Positions 29,013-41,096 are shown, counted from the first letter of the stretch. The stretch: 53,151 nt of DNA from Clostridia bacterium (GCA_045615705.1 JAZLFH010000023.1:1-53151), one strand, 5' to 3'. Made by a program: numbers and translations. Notes: a model not told the origin generated them from the letters alone.

Positions 29013-31311
29013 TTGTCATCATTTCATAAAATTCTTGCCGTGAAATAAGAACTTTTCTCGGTTTGCTTCCCTCGTGAGGACCTATTATCTGTCTTTCTTC
29101 AAGTTGGTCGATGAGTCTTCCCGCTCTTGAATAGCCGACTTTCAACTTTCTTTGAAGCAGTGATGCACTCGCTTGCTCGGCTTCAACCACTATCTTTACC
29201 GCTTCGTCAAAAAGTTGGTCTTTTTCGGAATCATCAACCTCTTGTGCCGTGTCGTCATTATTTATTTTTTGAATAATTTCTTCATCGTAATTTGGCTCCC
29301 AGCATTCCTTTACAAAGTCAACAACCCGCTCTACTTCTTTGTCGGAGATGAAGCAACCTTGAATTCTCTTGGGTTTTGATGCACCCATCGGAAGATAGAG
29401 CATATCGCCCTTCCCCAAAAGTTTTTCCGCTCCGCCCATATCAAGTATTGTTCGGCTGTCAATCTGCGATGATACCGCAAATGCAATTCGTGATGGGATA
29501 TTTGCTTTTATTACACCTGTGATAACATCAACGCTCGGACGCTGTGTAGCAATAATTAAGTGCATACCTGCGGCTCTCGCCATCTGTGCAAGACGGCAAA
29601 TCGCATCTTCCACATCTCTCGGTGCAACCATCATGAGGTCAGAAAGTTCATCAATAATAATTATTATCTGTTCAAGTTTTCTCTCGCCGTTTATTGCCGC
29701 ATACTCGTTATATCCCAAAATATCACGAACATTTGCATCTGCAAAAAGATTATAGCGGTTGGGCATCTCCTGAACTGCCCAATTAAGCGAACCTGCCGCA
29801 CGCCGTGGGTCTGTTACTACCGGTATTAAAAGGTGCGGTATCCCGTTGTAAATGCTCAATTCCACAACTTTCGGGTCAACCATGATAAGTTTTACTTCGT
29901 TAGGGTCTGCTTTATATAAAATACTTGTTATGAGTGAATTTATGCACACACTCTTTCCGCTTCCCGTTGCTCCCGCAATAAGAAGGTGAGGCATTTTTGC
30001 AATGTCGGCAACTATCGGCTCGCCGGAAATATCTTTGCCGAGGGCAAACGCCGTCTTTGCGGAAAACGAGCCGAAGTTTTTAGACTCAATTACTTCTCTT
30101 AAACGAACAGAACTTATGCTGCTGTTGGGTATCTCTATCCCGACTGCCGCTTTTCCCGGGATAGGTGCTTCTATTCTCACGCCGTATGCCGCCAAATTAA
30201 GTGCTATATCGTCTGCCAAATTTACGATTTTACTTACCTTAACACCCGCACTCGGCGAAATCTCAAAACGGGTAACACTCGGACCTTTGCTTACTTCCAA
30301 GACTTTCGCTTCAACACCGAAACTTAAAAGTGTGTCGGTCAGTTTTTTTGCCTGAGTCCTTAAATCTTCGTTTCGGTCTTCTCCGCTTGTCATTGCCCCC
30401 GCTTCCAAAAGGTCTATCGGAGGATAGGTGTATTCAATACGCTCCGATTGTATCTCGTCTTCTATTGATACGGGCGAATTGTCAACTTTTTCTTCGTTTT
30501 CCGGTTTTTTATCCTCTTCAAAAATTTCCACTTCTTTCGGAAGATTAATTTTAATGTCGTCTTGCGGAAGGTCGGGTTCTTTTTCTTCCAAAATCTCTTT
30601 TTGTAACTCTTTTTCCGGCTCTTCCTGTTGTTTTTCTTTTTTTGAAAGTTCAAAGAGAGGCTTTTTTTTCGGTGCTTTCTCTTGCTTTTCCATTGCTTCT
30701 TCTATGGGAAGTCTTTTTTGATACTTTTCCTCTCTGTCATTTATTTTTTTATAAAGAGCGTGAAACGGTGCCGTGCCGGTAACTACTATTAAAGATATGA
30801 TAAATCCAAATACCAAAGTTATCCCGGTTCCGACCGTACCTATCCATTTTTTAATAAAAAGAGCCACCGTACCGAAAAGTCCTCCGCCGATACCTTCTTT
30901 ACCGCAGTCCCACACCGAAAGGAAAGAATCAAAGCATCCCGGGTGAAGCTTGTCCGTAATCAAAGTCCAAAAAGCAGATGCACAAACCATGGAAACCACA
31001 AAAAGAACATACTTGTATCTGTATGGTTTTAGTGTTCCTTTCGCAAAATAATGTACCGCCATAACAGAGCAAAACAGAGGAATGAAAAATCCTACATAGC
31101 CAAAAAATCCAAGTCCTATTCCTCTTAAAATTTTGCCTAAATTCCCGAACCACGGCGAAAAATAACTTAAAATCAGAATTAAGCAGACAAAAACTATGGT
31201 TACTGTTATTATTTCACTTTTTGTTTCGCTTTTTGTTGTACTTTTTGTTGTGCGAGAGGGTGCTTTTTTAGTTGTGTTTTGTGTTTTTTTTATGCGTTTT
31301 CTTTCTGCCAC
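28999..31311 (-). CDS. ftsK: DNA translocase FtsK/SpoIIIE
   Basis: N-terminal TM domain, [26 protein letters not shown], gamma domain [17 protein letters not shown]. Confidence 0.95.
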   Translation of the reverse strand: MAERKRIKKTQNTTKKAPSRTTKSTTKSETKSEIITVTIVFVCLILILSYFSPWFGNLGKILRGIGLGFFGYVGFFIPLFCSVMAVHYFAKGTLKPYRYKYVLFVVSMVCASAFWTLITDKLHPGCFDSFLSVWDCGKEGIGGGLFGTVALFIKKWIGTVGTGITLVFGFIISLIVVTGTAPFHALYKKINDREEKYQKRLPIEEAMEKQEKAPKKKPLFELSKKEKQQEEPEKELQKEILEEKEPDLPQDDIKINLPKEVEIFEEDKKPENEEKVDNSPVSIEDEIQSERIEYTYPPIDLLEAGAMTSGEDRNEDLRTQAKKLTDTLLSFGVEAKVLEVSKGPSVTRFEISPSAGVKVSKIVNLADDIALNLAAYGVRIEAPIPGKAAVGIEIPNSSISSVRLREVIESKNFGSFSAKTAFALGKDISGEPIVADIAKMPHLLIAGATGSGKSVCINSLITSILYKADPNEVKLIMVDPKVVELSIYNGIPHLLIPVVTDPRRAAGSLNWAVQEMPNRYNLFADANVRDILGYNEYAAINGERKLEQIIIIIDELSDLMMVAPRDVEDAICRLAQMARAAGMHLIIATQRPSVDVITGVIKANIPSRIAFAVSSQIDSRTILDMGGAEKLLGKGDMLYLPMGASKPKRIQGCFISDKEVERVVDFVKECWEPNYDEEIIQKINNDDTAQEVDDSEKDQLFDEAVKIVVEAEQASASLLQRKLKVGYSRAGRLIDQLEERQIIGPHEGSKPRKVLISRQEFYEMMTNDEE

Positions 31312-31319
31312 TTTTTCAC

Positions 31320-32150
31320 CTACTTAACAAAATAGAGAATTATTGAAAATATTCCCGCCAAAACGGTGTAATAAGAAAATACTTTGAGTTTTCCTTTTGA
31401 AACAAGTTTTATCATAACTTTTATAGCAAAAAATCCGCTTACAAATGCCGCTATCATTCCGAGTCCCATCTGCATAAAAGTTACATTTTGCTCACTTAAC
31501 TCCAAAATGTCTTTAATGTCAAACACCAATGCTCCTATAATTGCCGGAATTGAAAGAAAGAACGAAAACTTTACCGCAAATTCTTTTTTAAGTCCGCAAA
31601 AAAGTCCGCCGACAGTGGTAGTTCCGCTTCTTGATAGTCCCGGAAGTACCGCCATTGCCTGAAACACGCCGGTGTAAAGTGCTTTGAGCGGAGTCATATT
31701 ATCCATATCGACTTTTTCCCTTGAAATCTTTTCACTTATAAACAAAAGAACCGATGTTGCGATAAGACCAAATCCGATAAGTAAAAGCGATGCGTTTTCC
31801 ACTATGTGATTTAACAATAATGCGGAAACTACCGTAGGAAGTGTTCCGACAATTAAAAATACAACCATCTTTTTAGGGTCGGTATCCATCATAAGTTTCT
31901 TTTTGGTAAACAGTTCTTTTACCATGGTAAAGAATGCTAAAATCATATCCCATATATCTTTATAATAAACCACAAACACCGCAACAAGTGTTGCAACATG
32001 TAAAACAATGTTAAATGATAAAACATTTGTTGCTTCGGGGTCTATCCCCATAAGTTCTCCGGCAATGCTCAGGTGTCCGGAACTTGAAATAGGCAAAAAT
32101 TCACCCAAACCCTGAATTAAGCCTAATATAATCGCTTTTATGACCGTCAT
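31320..32150 (-). CDS. uppP: Undecaprenyl-diphosphate phosphatase (BacA)
   Basis: [31 protein letters not shown]. Confidence 0.93.
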   Translation of the reverse strand: MTVIKAIILGLIQGLGEFLPISSSGHLSIAGELMGIDPEATNVLSFNIVLHVATLVAVFVVYYKDIWDMILAFFTMVKELFTKKKLMMDTDPKKMVVFLIVGTLPTVVSALLLNHIVENASLLLIGFGLIATSVLLFISEKISREKVDMDNMTPLKALYTGVFQAMAVLPGLSRSGTTTVGGLFCGLKKEFAVKFSFFLSIPAIIGALVFDIKDILELSEQNVTFMQMGLGMIAAFVSGFFAIKVMIKLVSKGKLKVFSYYTVLAGIFSIILYFVK

Positions 32151-32215
32151 TAAAAACACTCCTTCTTTATTCATATATAATAACACAACTGTAAATTAAT
32201 TTCAATTTTTTTAAC

Positions 32216-32244
32216 GCATATTTTTTAAAATTAAGTACAAAATA
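32216..32244 (+). promoter_or_regulatory. Putative sigma-G (forespore) promoter
   Basis: GCATA-N17-CAAAATA directly upstream of spoVAC. Confidence 0.5.
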
Positions 32245-32264
32245 CCAAAAAAGGAGTGCTTTAT

Positions 32265-32711
32265 ATGACAAAAAATATTTCCGACAAGAATTACAGCAAA
32301 AAAGTAAGTCAATATTCTCCACCGTCTCCGCTTTTTTGGGATATGGCAAAGGCTTTTGTCTCCGGCGGAATTATCTGCATTATAGGACAGGCTCTTAAAG
32401 ATTTCTACTTTTCAAAAGGAATTGACGAAACTTTTGCTTTCTCGCTTGCAAGTGCGACACTTGTTTTTCTTGCCTCGCTTTTGACCGCTTTAAATGTATT
32501 TGAAAAAATAGCAAAGTTTGCAGGTGCGGGAACGCTTGTGCCTATAACAGGGTTTTCAAACGCTATGACAAGTCCTGCCATGGAGTACCGTGCAGATGGG
32601 TTTATATTAGGCGTTGGTGCAAAAATGTTTACTGTGGCAGGGCCTGTAATCGTATACGGAATATTTTCATCTTTCGTGGCGGGGATTATATACTATTTCT
32701 TTATGAGGTGA
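32265..32711 (+). CDS. spoVAC: Stage V sporulation protein AC
   Basis: AFVSGGIICIIGQ, FAGAGTLVPITGFSN, GAKMFTVAGPVIVYG. Confidence 0.92.
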   Translation: MTKNISDKNYSKKVSQYSPPSPLFWDMAKAFVSGGIICIIGQALKDFYFSKGIDETFAFSLASATLVFLASLLTALNVFEKIAKFAGAGTLVPITGFSNAMTSPAMEYRADGFILGVGAKMFTVAGPVIVYGIFSSFVAGIIYYFFMR

Positions 32712-32714
32712 ACT

Positions 32715-33722
32715 ATGAGCAAAAATTTAGGAAACAACACTATTTTCTTTGAAAAAGGACCTTCAATCATTTCTTCTGCCTCTGTTGTCGGAAAAATGGA
32801 GGGGGATGGTCCTCTTTCAAACTTTTTTGATATGGTTGAAAATGACCAATACTTTGGTCAATCTACTTGGGAAAAAGCAGAAAGTGAACTTTGCAAAAGA
32901 ACTGTAAACACCGCTCTTAAAAAAGCGAATCTTTCATTTTCCGACATTGATTTTGCCGTTTCGGGCGACCTTTTAAATCAATGTATCGGCTCGACTTTCG
33001 GTATGCGTGATTCCGATACTGCCTACCTGGGAATTTTCGGTGCGTGTTCGACTATGGCGGAAGGGCTTTTTATATCGTCCGTACTTGTTGACTCGGGTGC
33101 GGCAAACTATGTCATTTCTTCTTCGGGAAGTCATTTCTGCTCGTCCGAAAGGCAGTTCCGTCAGCCACTGGAATACGGCGGACAAAGACCTCAGACATCA
33201 CAATGGACCGTTACGGGAGGCGGGTCAATAATTCTTGGGAAAAATGCTTCGCCGCCATATATTACTCATGCAACAGTCGGAAAAATCATCGACAAAAACA
33301 TAACCGATACAAACAATATGGGCTCGGCTATGGCACCGGCTTTTTGCGATACGATTCTTTCGCATTTTAAGGCGACAAACAGAAGCGTTGACTACTACGA
33401 TTTGATAGTTTCGGGCGACCTCGGATATGTCGGGAGCATGATTGCAAAAGACCTTTTAAAAGAAAACGGCCTTGACATTTCAAAAAAATACAATGACTGC
33501 GGTCTTATGATTTTTGACCGTCAAAAGCAAGATGTTCACTCGGGAGGTTCCGGTTGCGGCTGCGGTGCAAGTGTTTTGTCGGGTTATATTTTGCACCAAA
33601 TGCGTGAAAAAAAACTCAACAAAGTTCTCTTTGTCGCAACAGGGGCATTAATGAGCCAAACAAGTTCTTTTCAGGGTGAATCAATCCCATCGGTTGCACA
33701 TGCAATCGCAATTGAAAATTAG
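32715..33722 (+). CDS. spoVAD: Stage V sporulation protein AD
   Basis: TWEKAES, GDLLNQC, GACST, ERQFRQPLEYGGQRP, GGSGCGC. Confidence 0.94.
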   Translation: MSKNLGNNTIFFEKGPSIISSASVVGKMEGDGPLSNFFDMVENDQYFGQSTWEKAESELCKRTVNTALKKANLSFSDIDFAVSGDLLNQCIGSTFGMRDSDTAYLGIFGACSTMAEGLFISSVLVDSGAANYVISSSGSHFCSSERQFRQPLEYGGQRPQTSQWTVTGGGSIILGKNASPPYITHATVGKIIDKNITDTNNMGSAMAPAFCDTILSHFKATNRSVDYYDLIVSGDLGYVGSMIAKDLLKENGLDISKKYNDCGLMIFDRQKQDVHSGGSGCGCGASVLSGYILHQMREKKLNKVLFVATGALMSQTSSFQGESIPSVAHAIAIEN

Positions 33723-33771
33723 TGTTTTTTTATTTTTCCTTTGCATAAAATTTTAGTAGCGGAGGGATATT

Positions 33772-34464
33772 ATGAAAAGGCTTTTAGTGATAGTTTTAGC
33801 CATCGCCGTTGCGGTGGCTTTTTTAATTCCTGTCTACGGAGATGAACGAGAACAGGAAGAAAAAATCTGCTACCTCACTTTTGATGACGGTCCTACCTTA
33901 AACACGGAAAACATACTCAAAACACTTGAAAAATATAACGCAAAAGCAACCTTTTTTATTCTTGATGAAAGGATAAAGTTATACCCCGATTTAGTCCTTG
34001 AAATAATACGAAACGGTCACTCTGTCGGGCTTCACGGAATAAGTCATGATGTTAATGTGATATATTCTTCTCCCACAATGCCTCTTGATGAAATGAACAA
34101 AGAAAACGAAACCCTTTTCGCCCTCACGGGCAAGAAGTCATACATAGTAAGAACGCCCTACGGGAGCGACCCGTATATGACAAAAAGGCAAGCAGAAATT
34201 TTGACTGCTTCGGGATACAAAATATGGGACTGGAACATTGACCCAAAAGACAGTATAGGAAAAAGAGTTCCGAAAGAACGCACTCTTTCAAACATAAAAA
34301 AGGAAATTAAAAAAGAAGAAACGCCCGTTATACTTATGCATGACCGCAAAAGCAGTTCGGACGCTCTTGATGAAATATTAAATTTTTTGACAAGCGAAGG
34401 TTACACTCTCAAAAGCATTGATGAAAGCGTAACTCCCATAAACAAACTTTACAGGCTCAAATAG
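33772..34464 (+). CDS. Polysaccharide/peptidoglycan deacetylase (CE4, NodB domain)
   Basis: Signal/anchor, YLTFDDGP, HGISH, RTPYG, DW, LMHD. Confidence 0.88.
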   Translation: MKRLLVIVLAIAVAVAFLIPVYGDEREQEEKICYLTFDDGPTLNTENILKTLEKYNAKATFFILDERIKLYPDLVLEIIRNGHSVGLHGISHDVNVIYSSPTMPLDEMNKENETLFALTGKKSYIVRTPYGSDPYMTKRQAEILTASGYKIWDWNIDPKDSIGKRVPKERTLSNIKKEIKKEETPVILMHDRKSSSDALDEILNFLTSEGYTLKSIDESVTPINKLYRLK

Positions 34465-35725
34465 AGTTAAGTGCATTGTCAAGGTCTTCGATGATGTCTT
34501 TTACATCTTCAATTCCAACACTCAGTCTTACCTGATTCGGTGCAATTTTGCACTTTATCAACTCTTCATCGCTGAGTTGACGGTGCGTTGAACTTGCCGG
34601 GTGAAGTACACCTGTTCTCGCATCGGCAACATGGACAACGATAGATGCAAGTTTTAATGAATCCATAAACTTAACTGCATCTTCTCTTGTTCCTTTTATT
34701 GCAAGAGAAATAACTCCGCAACTTCCGTTCGGCATATATTTTTTTGTAACATCGTAGTTCTTATCGCCTTCAAGCGATGGATATGAAACCCACTCAATCT
34801 TTTTGTGATTCTTTAAAAATTTTGCTACTTCCAAAGCGTTTTCGCAATGCTTTTTCATACGAAGATGCAATGTTTCAAGCCCTAAGTTTAACAAAAACGC
34901 ATTAAAAGGAGATGGCGTTGAGCCCATATCACGGAGCATTTGAACACGAGCCTTGACTATAAATGCCTTTTCCTTGTACGCATCTACATACACAAGTCCG
35001 TGATACGAATCATCTGGGTTTGTAAATTCGGGGAATTTCCCGCTGTTTTTCCAATCAAAATTTCCGCTGTCAACTATACAACCTCCGAGCGATACTGCGT
35101 GTCCGTCCATATACTTTGATGTAGAGTGCGTTACTATATCCGCACCCCACTCAATAGGACGACAATTTATCGGCGTTGCAAAAGTATTGTCAATAATAAA
35201 AGGAATTTTGTTTTTATGTGCGACTTTTACGAATTTTTCAATGTCAATCACATTCAATGCGGGGTTTGCAATTGTTTCGGCAAATACCGCCTTGGTGTTT
35301 TCTTTAATTGCGTTTTGTATTGCTTCTTCATCGGAGTCGGGGTCGATAAATGTGAAATCAATACCCATTTTCCTGATTGTTACATTAAAAAGATTATATG
35401 TTCCGCCATAAATTGTTGATGTTGAAACGATATGGTCGCCGGCTTTTGCAATATTTAATATTGCAATCATATTTGCACTCTGCCCGGATGATGTGAGCAT
35501 CGCTCCCACTCCGCCTTCAAGGTCTGCAATTTTTTCTTCTACGCACGCAAGTGTGGGGTTTGCCAACCGTGTATAGAAAAACCCGTCCGACTTTAAGTCA
35601 AAAAGATCGCCGACATGGTCTGTGCTGTCATATTTAAATGTAGTGCTTTGATAAATCGGAAGCACTCGTGCCTCCCCGTTTTTCGGATCGTATCCGCTCT
35701 GTACACATTTTGTGTCATTCCTCAT
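34457..35725 (-). CDS. metY: O-acetylhomoserine sulfhydrylase (PLP-dependent)
   Basis: PIYQSTTF, YTRLANPT, HSTSKYMDGH, HPASSTHRQL, RLSVGIE. Confidence 0.85.
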   Translation of the reverse strand: MRNDTKCVQSGYDPKNGEARVLPIYQSTTFKYDSTDHVGDLFDLKSDGFFYTRLANPTLACVEEKIADLEGGVGAMLTSSGQSANMIAILNIAKAGDHIVSTSTIYGGTYNLFNVTIRKMGIDFTFIDPDSDEEAIQNAIKENTKAVFAETIANPALNVIDIEKFVKVAHKNKIPFIIDNTFATPINCRPIEWGADIVTHSTSKYMDGHAVSLGGCIVDSGNFDWKNSGKFPEFTNPDDSYHGLVYVDAYKEKAFIVKARVQMLRDMGSTPSPFNAFLLNLGLETLHLRMKKHCENALEVAKFLKNHKKIEWVSYPSLEGDKNYDVTKKYMPNGSCGVISLAIKGTREDAVKFMDSLKLASIVVHVADARTGVLHPASSTHRQLSDEELIKCKIAPNQVRLSVGIEDVKDIIEDLDNALNSI

Positions 35726-35738
35726 TTTTATTTCTCCT

Positions 35739-36740
35739 TTACGGACAACAAATTACTCCGCCGCCCAAAACTTTTTCATTATCATAAAATACCGCAGACT
35801 GTCCCGATGTTACTGCCCGTATTTTCTTTTGCGGGATTACTTTTAAAAGGTTATTTTCTTTTATAACTTCGGCTTTCTCCTCGTTTTTTCCGTATCTGAC
35901 TTTAACCGAGCAAGAAAATTTTTCTTTTTCTTCCCCTATAAAACTATAATCACGGACATAAAAATTATCAAAATACTCTTCGCCCGATTCACCTAAAGTT
36001 ACCGTGTTATCTCTTATGTTTATTTTGGTTACAAACATTCTTTTCCCGAGTGCTATTTCAAGTCCTTTTCTCTGCCCTATCGTGTAATTTTGTATGCCTT
36101 TATGCCGTCCCAAAACATTTCCGTCTTTGTCTATGAAATTTCCCTCTTTAAGACTGCAATTCAAAAAGTCTTTATACCTTCCGTCCACAAAACAAATGTC
36201 TTGACTTTCCTTTTTGTTTGCCGAGTGAAGCGAGTTTTTCTCCGCCCTTTGTTTAACTTCCTCCTTCGTGCTGTTGCCGAGAGGTAAAAGAATGTGAGAA
36301 AGCATATCTTCTTTTAAGTTATAAAGCATATAACTTTGGTCTTTACTCAAATCAAGTGCCTTTTTTAAAACAAATCTTTCGTTTTCCTTTTCTATCCGTG
36401 CGTAATGTCCCGTTGCAAGAAAGTCATAGCCTTCTTTAAGCATATAATCATACAAAAGTCCGAATTTTATGTATTTATTGCAATTTACACACGGATTAGG
36501 CGTTTCACCGACAAGATAACTGTTTTTAAAAGGTTCGGTTACATACTTTTTAAACTCTTTTTTTAAATCCAGCACTATATGTTCTATGCCCATTTCCTGT
36601 GCCGTTCTTTTCGCACTGTCCATATCTTCGTTTCCGCAGAGCGAAAGCGTTATTCCCGTTACATTGTACTCTTTTTTTAAAAAATGTGCCGTATATGAAG
36701 AATCAACTCCGCCCGAAAGTGCGACTAATACTTTTTTCAT
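35739..36740 (-). CDS. mnmA: tRNA 2-thiouridine(34) synthase
   Basis: SGGVDS, TPNPCVNCN, ATGHY, KDQSY, ESQDICF, YTIGQRKG. Confidence 0.93.
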   Translation of the reverse strand: MKKVLVALSGGVDSSYTAHFLKKEYNVTGITLSLCGNEDMDSAKRTAQEMGIEHIVLDLKKEFKKYVTEPFKNSYLVGETPNPCVNCNKYIKFGLLYDYMLKEGYDFLATGHYARIEKENERFVLKKALDLSKDQSYMLYNLKEDMLSHILLPLGNSTKEEVKQRAEKNSLHSANKKESQDICFVDGRYKDFLNCSLKEGNFIDKDGNVLGRHKGIQNYTIGQRKGLEIALGKRMFVTKINIRDNTVTLGESGEEYFDNFYVRDYSFIGEEKEKFSCSVKVRYGKNEEKAEVIKENNLLKVIPQKKIRAVTSGQSAVFYDNEKVLGGGVICCP

Positions 36741-37318
36741 ACATTTTTTCCTTTTTCGGTTACAAATGTTGACCAAGTGTCTGCATATTGAAGCAAAAGA
36801 GTAAGCGGTTCCTCTTTCGTGGCAACCGATTTATTATCATCTACATACTGTCCGTCATGGTACATTATCGCCTGAACCTCTTCGGGTGAAAGACGAATAA
36901 AACGAAGTGCTATGTAAAGACTTCGAAGCGGAACGCTCATATATGTAAGTTTGTCGTTAAACGAATAAGGGTATGTCGGACCGTAACCGTACTGTTTTTG
37001 TCTTTCGGTAGGTTGATTTTCAATATACTGAGGCTCGCCCGGAAGACCGGCTTTACCCAAATCGTGCAAAAGTGCAACTATTACACAACTTTCATCTGTA
37101 ATTGATGGAGCCATGGCGTTTTTAAATCTTAAAAGATTTGTCGCAACATTGACGCTATGCTCCAAAAGTCCGCCTTTTTTACTCAAATGAAACCGCGTGC
37201 TTGCAGGTGAAGTGAGGTACGCTGTTTTATTCTCTATAAATTCCATAAGGCGGTCAAATTCTGCCTTCCTTTCAACCACCATAGATTTTAATTCGTTATA
37301 TTTTTCGAGTGTATTCAT
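36737..37318 (-). CDS. HD-domain phosphohydrolase
   Basis: PASTRFH...GGLLEHS, LLHDLGK, YHDG, YAD. Confidence 0.8.
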   Translation of the reverse strand: MNTLEKYNELKSMVVERKAEFDRLMEFIENKTAYLTSPASTRFHLSKKGGLLEHSVNVATNLLRFKNAMAPSITDESCVIVALLHDLGKAGLPGEPQYIENQPTERQKQYGYGPTYPYSFNDKLTYMSVPLRSLYIALRFIRLSPEEVQAIMYHDGQYVDDNKSVATKEEPLTLLLQYADTWSTFVTEKGKNV

Positions 37319-37421
37319 AAAAACACATCCTTTTTGACAATTATATATTTCAACAAGTTTTTTGTCAACCGAATTAATTTTTTCTTTTAGGTAAAAATAA
37401 GCACAAGAAAGGAAGTTTTTT

Positions 37422-39152
37422 ATGTCAAATCATCTTGCAAATGAAAAATCTTTGTATCTTCAAATGCACTCAAATAATCCTGTAAACTGGTACCCGTGGT
37501 GCGATGAGGCTTTCAGAAAAGCAAAAAAAGAAAACAAACCCGTATTTTTATCGGTAGGATACAGTGCGTGCCATTGGTGTAATGTTATGGCACGGGAAAA
37601 CTTTGAAGACGAAGGAGCCGCAAAAATTCTAAACGACAACTTTGTCGCCGTAAAGGTTGACAGAGAAGAGCGTCCCGACATTGATGCGGTTTATACAATG
37701 GCTTCAAACGCACTCGGTCAAGAGGGCGGATGGCCGCTTAATGTGTTTTTAACACCTCAAAAAAAGCCGTTTTTTTCCGGCGGTTATCTTCCGAGAGAAG
37801 ACCGCCACGGAGAAATCGGGTTTAAATCCCTTCTTCTCCGTGTAAAGGATGCTTGGGAACATAAAAGTGACGGAATTATGGAGTCGGCAAGCAGAGTTTC
37901 AGAATTTTTAAACAAAGAAGAACCAAAAAAGCATATCCCGATAACCAACAATACCGCACAAGACGCCGTAGAAAAACTTTTGGCGATAGAAGACAAAAAG
38001 TACGGCGGAATAGGTACTTCCACAAAATTTCCTCTTATTCATACCGTTATGTTTTTGCTGAAATACTTTGAATGTACCATGAACAAAGATGCTCTCGATA
38101 TGGCTGAAAATACTCTTTTGGCAATGTACAAGGGCGGAATTCACGACCACATCGGCAAAGGGTTTTTCAGATATGCCACCGACAGAGAGTGGGAAATTCC
38201 TCATTTTGAAAAGATGCTTATTGATAACGCCTACATCTGCCTCGGTTATGCAAAAGCATTTGAAGTTACCAAAAAACAGATGTATCTCTCTTGTGCAAAA
38301 GAGTGTGCCGATTTTATTTTGGAGGATTTAAAATGTGAAAACGGAGGATTTTACACATCGCTCGGTGCAGAGTCAAAAGACGGAGAAGGTGCTTTTTATA
38401 TATGGTTGCCCAAAGAAATCAATCAGATTTTGGGAAGTGAAAGAGGAACTAAATTTTGTGAATACTACTCAATAACCGACAGATGGGATTTTAAAGGCAA
38501 GTGCATTCCTCATATCGAAGGTCAAGTTTTAATAAACCCATTTGTCCAAGAAGCACAAGAAGTCAAAAAAGTCCGTGATGAAAAAAGAAAAAAACCTTCG
38601 ATTGATAAAAAAATTCTGACCCACGCAAACGCCGTGGTTGTCGTGGCTCTTGCTTCTTTGTATAAAATTTCGGGCGAGGAAAAATACCTAAACGAAGCAA
38701 TCTCCGCTTGTGATTTTATTATTTCTAACATGAAAGATCAATCCGGCAGGCTCTTGGCAGGCATAAACGAGCGTGAAGTAAAAGGTTTTTCGGAAGATTA
38801 TGTAAACTTGACTTGGGCGGTTATGACTCTTTATGAAATAACTCACGAAAAAAAGTATCTTGACGAGGCAATTTCTCTTACAAAAGATACTCTTTCATAC
38901 TTTATGTCGAGTTTGGGCGGGTTGAATTTCTACGGCAATGACCAAGAAAGGCTCATTGCTCCCTTAAATGACGCCTATGACGGTGCTACACCATCTCCCA
39001 ATTCCGTATTTTTGCTCACTTTAAAAATGCTGTACCGTGCAACGCTTAATCCTCTTTATCAAAGCACATACTACGGAATTTTGGAACATTTCGGCGGTGA
39101 ATGTAATATGATGAGTGCAAATCATGCATTTATGCTCTATGCTTTTTTGTAA
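37422..39152 (+). CDS. YyaL/DUF255 thioredoxin-domain + alpha/alpha-toroid protein
   Basis: [51 protein letters not shown]. Confidence 0.88.
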   Translation: MSNHLANEKSLYLQMHSNNPVNWYPWCDEAFRKAKKENKPVFLSVGYSACHWCNVMARENFEDEGAAKILNDNFVAVKVDREERPDIDAVYTMASNALGQEGGWPLNVFLTPQKKPFFSGGYLPREDRHGEIGFKSLLLRVKDAWEHKSDGIMESASRVSEFLNKEEPKKHIPITNNTAQDAVEKLLAIEDKKYGGIGTSTKFPLIHTVMFLLKYFECTMNKDALDMAENTLLAMYKGGIHDHIGKGFFRYATDREWEIPHFEKMLIDNAYICLGYAKAFEVTKKQMYLSCAKECADFILEDLKCENGGFYTSLGAESKDGEGAFYIWLPKEINQILGSERGTKFCEYYSITDRWDFKGKCIPHIEGQVLINPFVQEAQEVKKVRDEKRKKPSIDKKILTHANAVVVVALASLYKISGEEKYLNEAISACDFIISNMKDQSGRLLAGINEREVKGFSEDYVNLTWAVMTLYEITHEKKYLDEAISLTKDTLSYFMSSLGGLNFYGNDQERLIAPLNDAYDGATPSPNSVFLLTLKMLYRATLNPLYQSTYYGILEHFGGECNMMSANHAFMLYAFL

Positions 39153-39284
39153 ATAACAATATAATGTAGCTCTAAAAAATCCGTTACCCTTCATTTTGTA
39201 CTTTTTTAAAAGAATTTACATTTTTTCTATTGCAGTTTTTTCTGCATTATGGTAAAATAGTCAAAAGGAAGGGGACGATACAAA

Positions 39285-41093
39285 ATGAAAAAAAGATTTA
39301 TTTCGCTGATGCTCGTTATTTGTATGCTTTTCAGCATTACCGCATTTGCTTCGGGTGCTTTTTCCGATGTTACGGAAAGTAATCTCGGTTGGGCAATTAA
39401 CGAGATTGAAGAAATGACTAAAAACGGTATTATTAAGGGTTACAGTGATGGAACTTTCCGTCCTAATCAGGCTATTAAAAAGATTGAGGCTCTTATTTTG
39501 GCTTCTCGTGTTGCAGGGTTCACTTCGGATAACTACTCCTCTTTTACAGACCGTGCCACACAACTTTTCTCAAAAGCACTTTCGGGCTATGATTGTGAAT
39601 ACACGGAGGAAGTTTCATACCTTCTTTATAAAGGTGCGATCTTAGCCGATGACCTTCCCAACTATTTAAACGATCAGATGGGTGCCTTTAAGCGTTACGA
39701 AGCCGCAATTCTTTTCACAAAGATTATGGGAAAAGACAAGGAAGCAAAATCAGATAACGGTTCAAAGTTGACTTACAAAGATAAAGCATCCATTCCCAAG
39801 GAAGCATTGGGTTATGTCCAGTATATGTACGACACGGGTATTATGCAAGGTGATGACAACACATTCAGTCCCAACGATTCTTTGACCCGTGCTCAGGTTG
39901 CTTTGATGCTTTACAGGGTTTTGGGTTATATTGACCAGACCGTTTCTGTCGGCACAATCACTTCTTGCGATGGTGCAACAGGCAAGGTTTCGTTTAGAGA
40001 TTTAGATTCTAAAATTGCTACCGTTACATTAACTTCCGATATTCCCGTAAATGTTAACGGTGTTATCTCTTCTGTTTCCGCAATAAAAACAGGTGTTGAA
40101 ATTGCTGTATTTTACAGAGGAGATGATATTTACTCGGTTGAAGTTTTAAACCCGATCACAGATGAGAGCGTAAGCGGTAAAGTTGTATCGGTTGCAAGCA
40201 GTTCTTCTCCGAGAATTACAATTACGGATTCCGTTTCGGGTAATACTCGTGATATATTCCTTTGTGATACTCCCGCAATTTACAAAGATAATGTAACGGC
40301 TACTTTAAACCAGATTTCAAAAGACGACTTTGTAACAATTGAGATTAAAGATTCACTCGGTACTCATGTTTATATTCAGGATAAATCGTCAAAGGTTACA
40401 GGTACCGTTGAAAGCGTAACGGTAAACGCAAACTCCACCGACCTTTCTGTTTTAACTCAGAGCGGTGAGGTTATAACATATACTGTCGATTCAGATGTTA
40501 CTGTTAAGAAGAACGACAACGAAGCAACTCTTCGCGACATTTTATCGGGCGACCGTGTTACACTTTCTCTTTCTTACGGCACGGTTACAAAAATTGTTGC
40601 TACTGCCACAAAGACAAGTGCAACAGGTATTATTGAAGCAATAACAATTTCGAGCAATCCCTCAATTACAATCAAGTCAAACGGCGAATCTTCCACTTAT
40701 TCAATCGTTTCCGGCACAGAGTATCAGTTGGAAGGCGTTATAAATGCAGGAATTTATGACCTTCGTTTAGGTTGGAATGTTGCTCTTTCGCTCGAAGGAA
40801 ACATTGCTACTAAGATTACCACAAAATCAGTCGCCACTTCCGCTTCATTTACGGGTGTTATTGAATCGGTAAACGCAAGTTACTATGCCATAACTCTTGC
40901 AGTCGAAAATGACGGAGTTTATGAATCCCAGCAGGTTTTTGCAGCAAAGACAGGCACAACCGTATCTGCTAAAATTTACAACTCAAACGGTTCTATCGCA
41001 TTTAAGAAACTTAAAGTCGGTGATACCGTTATTGTAAGCGGTTCGTATTCAAACGGAATTTTTGAAGCAAAAACCATAGTTGTTGTAGATTAG
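39285..41093 (+). CDS. Secreted SLH-domain protein with repeated beta-rich domains
   Basis: Signal peptide, GIIKGYSDGTFRPN, GIMQGDDNTFSPNDSLTRAQ; TTGCAG-N17-TAAAAT promoter at 39230-39258. Confidence 0.85.
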   Translation: MKKRFISLMLVICMLFSITAFASGAFSDVTESNLGWAINEIEEMTKNGIIKGYSDGTFRPNQAIKKIEALILASRVAGFTSDNYSSFTDRATQLFSKALSGYDCEYTEEVSYLLYKGAILADDLPNYLNDQMGAFKRYEAAILFTKIMGKDKEAKSDNGSKLTYKDKASIPKEALGYVQYMYDTGIMQGDDNTFSPNDSLTRAQVALMLYRVLGYIDQTVSVGTITSCDGATGKVSFRDLDSKIATVTLTSDIPVNVNGVISSVSAIKTGVEIAVFYRGDDIYSVEVLNPITDESVSGKVVSVASSSSPRITITDSVSGNTRDIFLCDTPAIYKDNVTATLNQISKDDFVTIEIKDSLGTHVYIQDKSSKVTGTVESVTVNANSTDLSVLTQSGEVITYTVDSDVTVKKNDNEATLRDILSGDRVTLSLSYGTVTKIVATATKTSATGIIEAITISSNPSITIKSNGESSTYSIVSGTEYQLEGVINAGIYDLRLGWNVALSLEGNIATKITTKSVATSASFTGVIESVNASYYAITLAVENDGVYESQQVFAAKTGTTVSAKIYNSNGSIAFKKLKVGDTVIVSGSYSNGIFEAKTIVVVD

Positions 41094-41096
41094 TTC

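Noticed and set aside
37371-37399. Possible sigma-F promoter before the YyaL-like gene
   Set aside because: The -10-like GGTAAAAATA is present, but the -35 match and spacing are poor.
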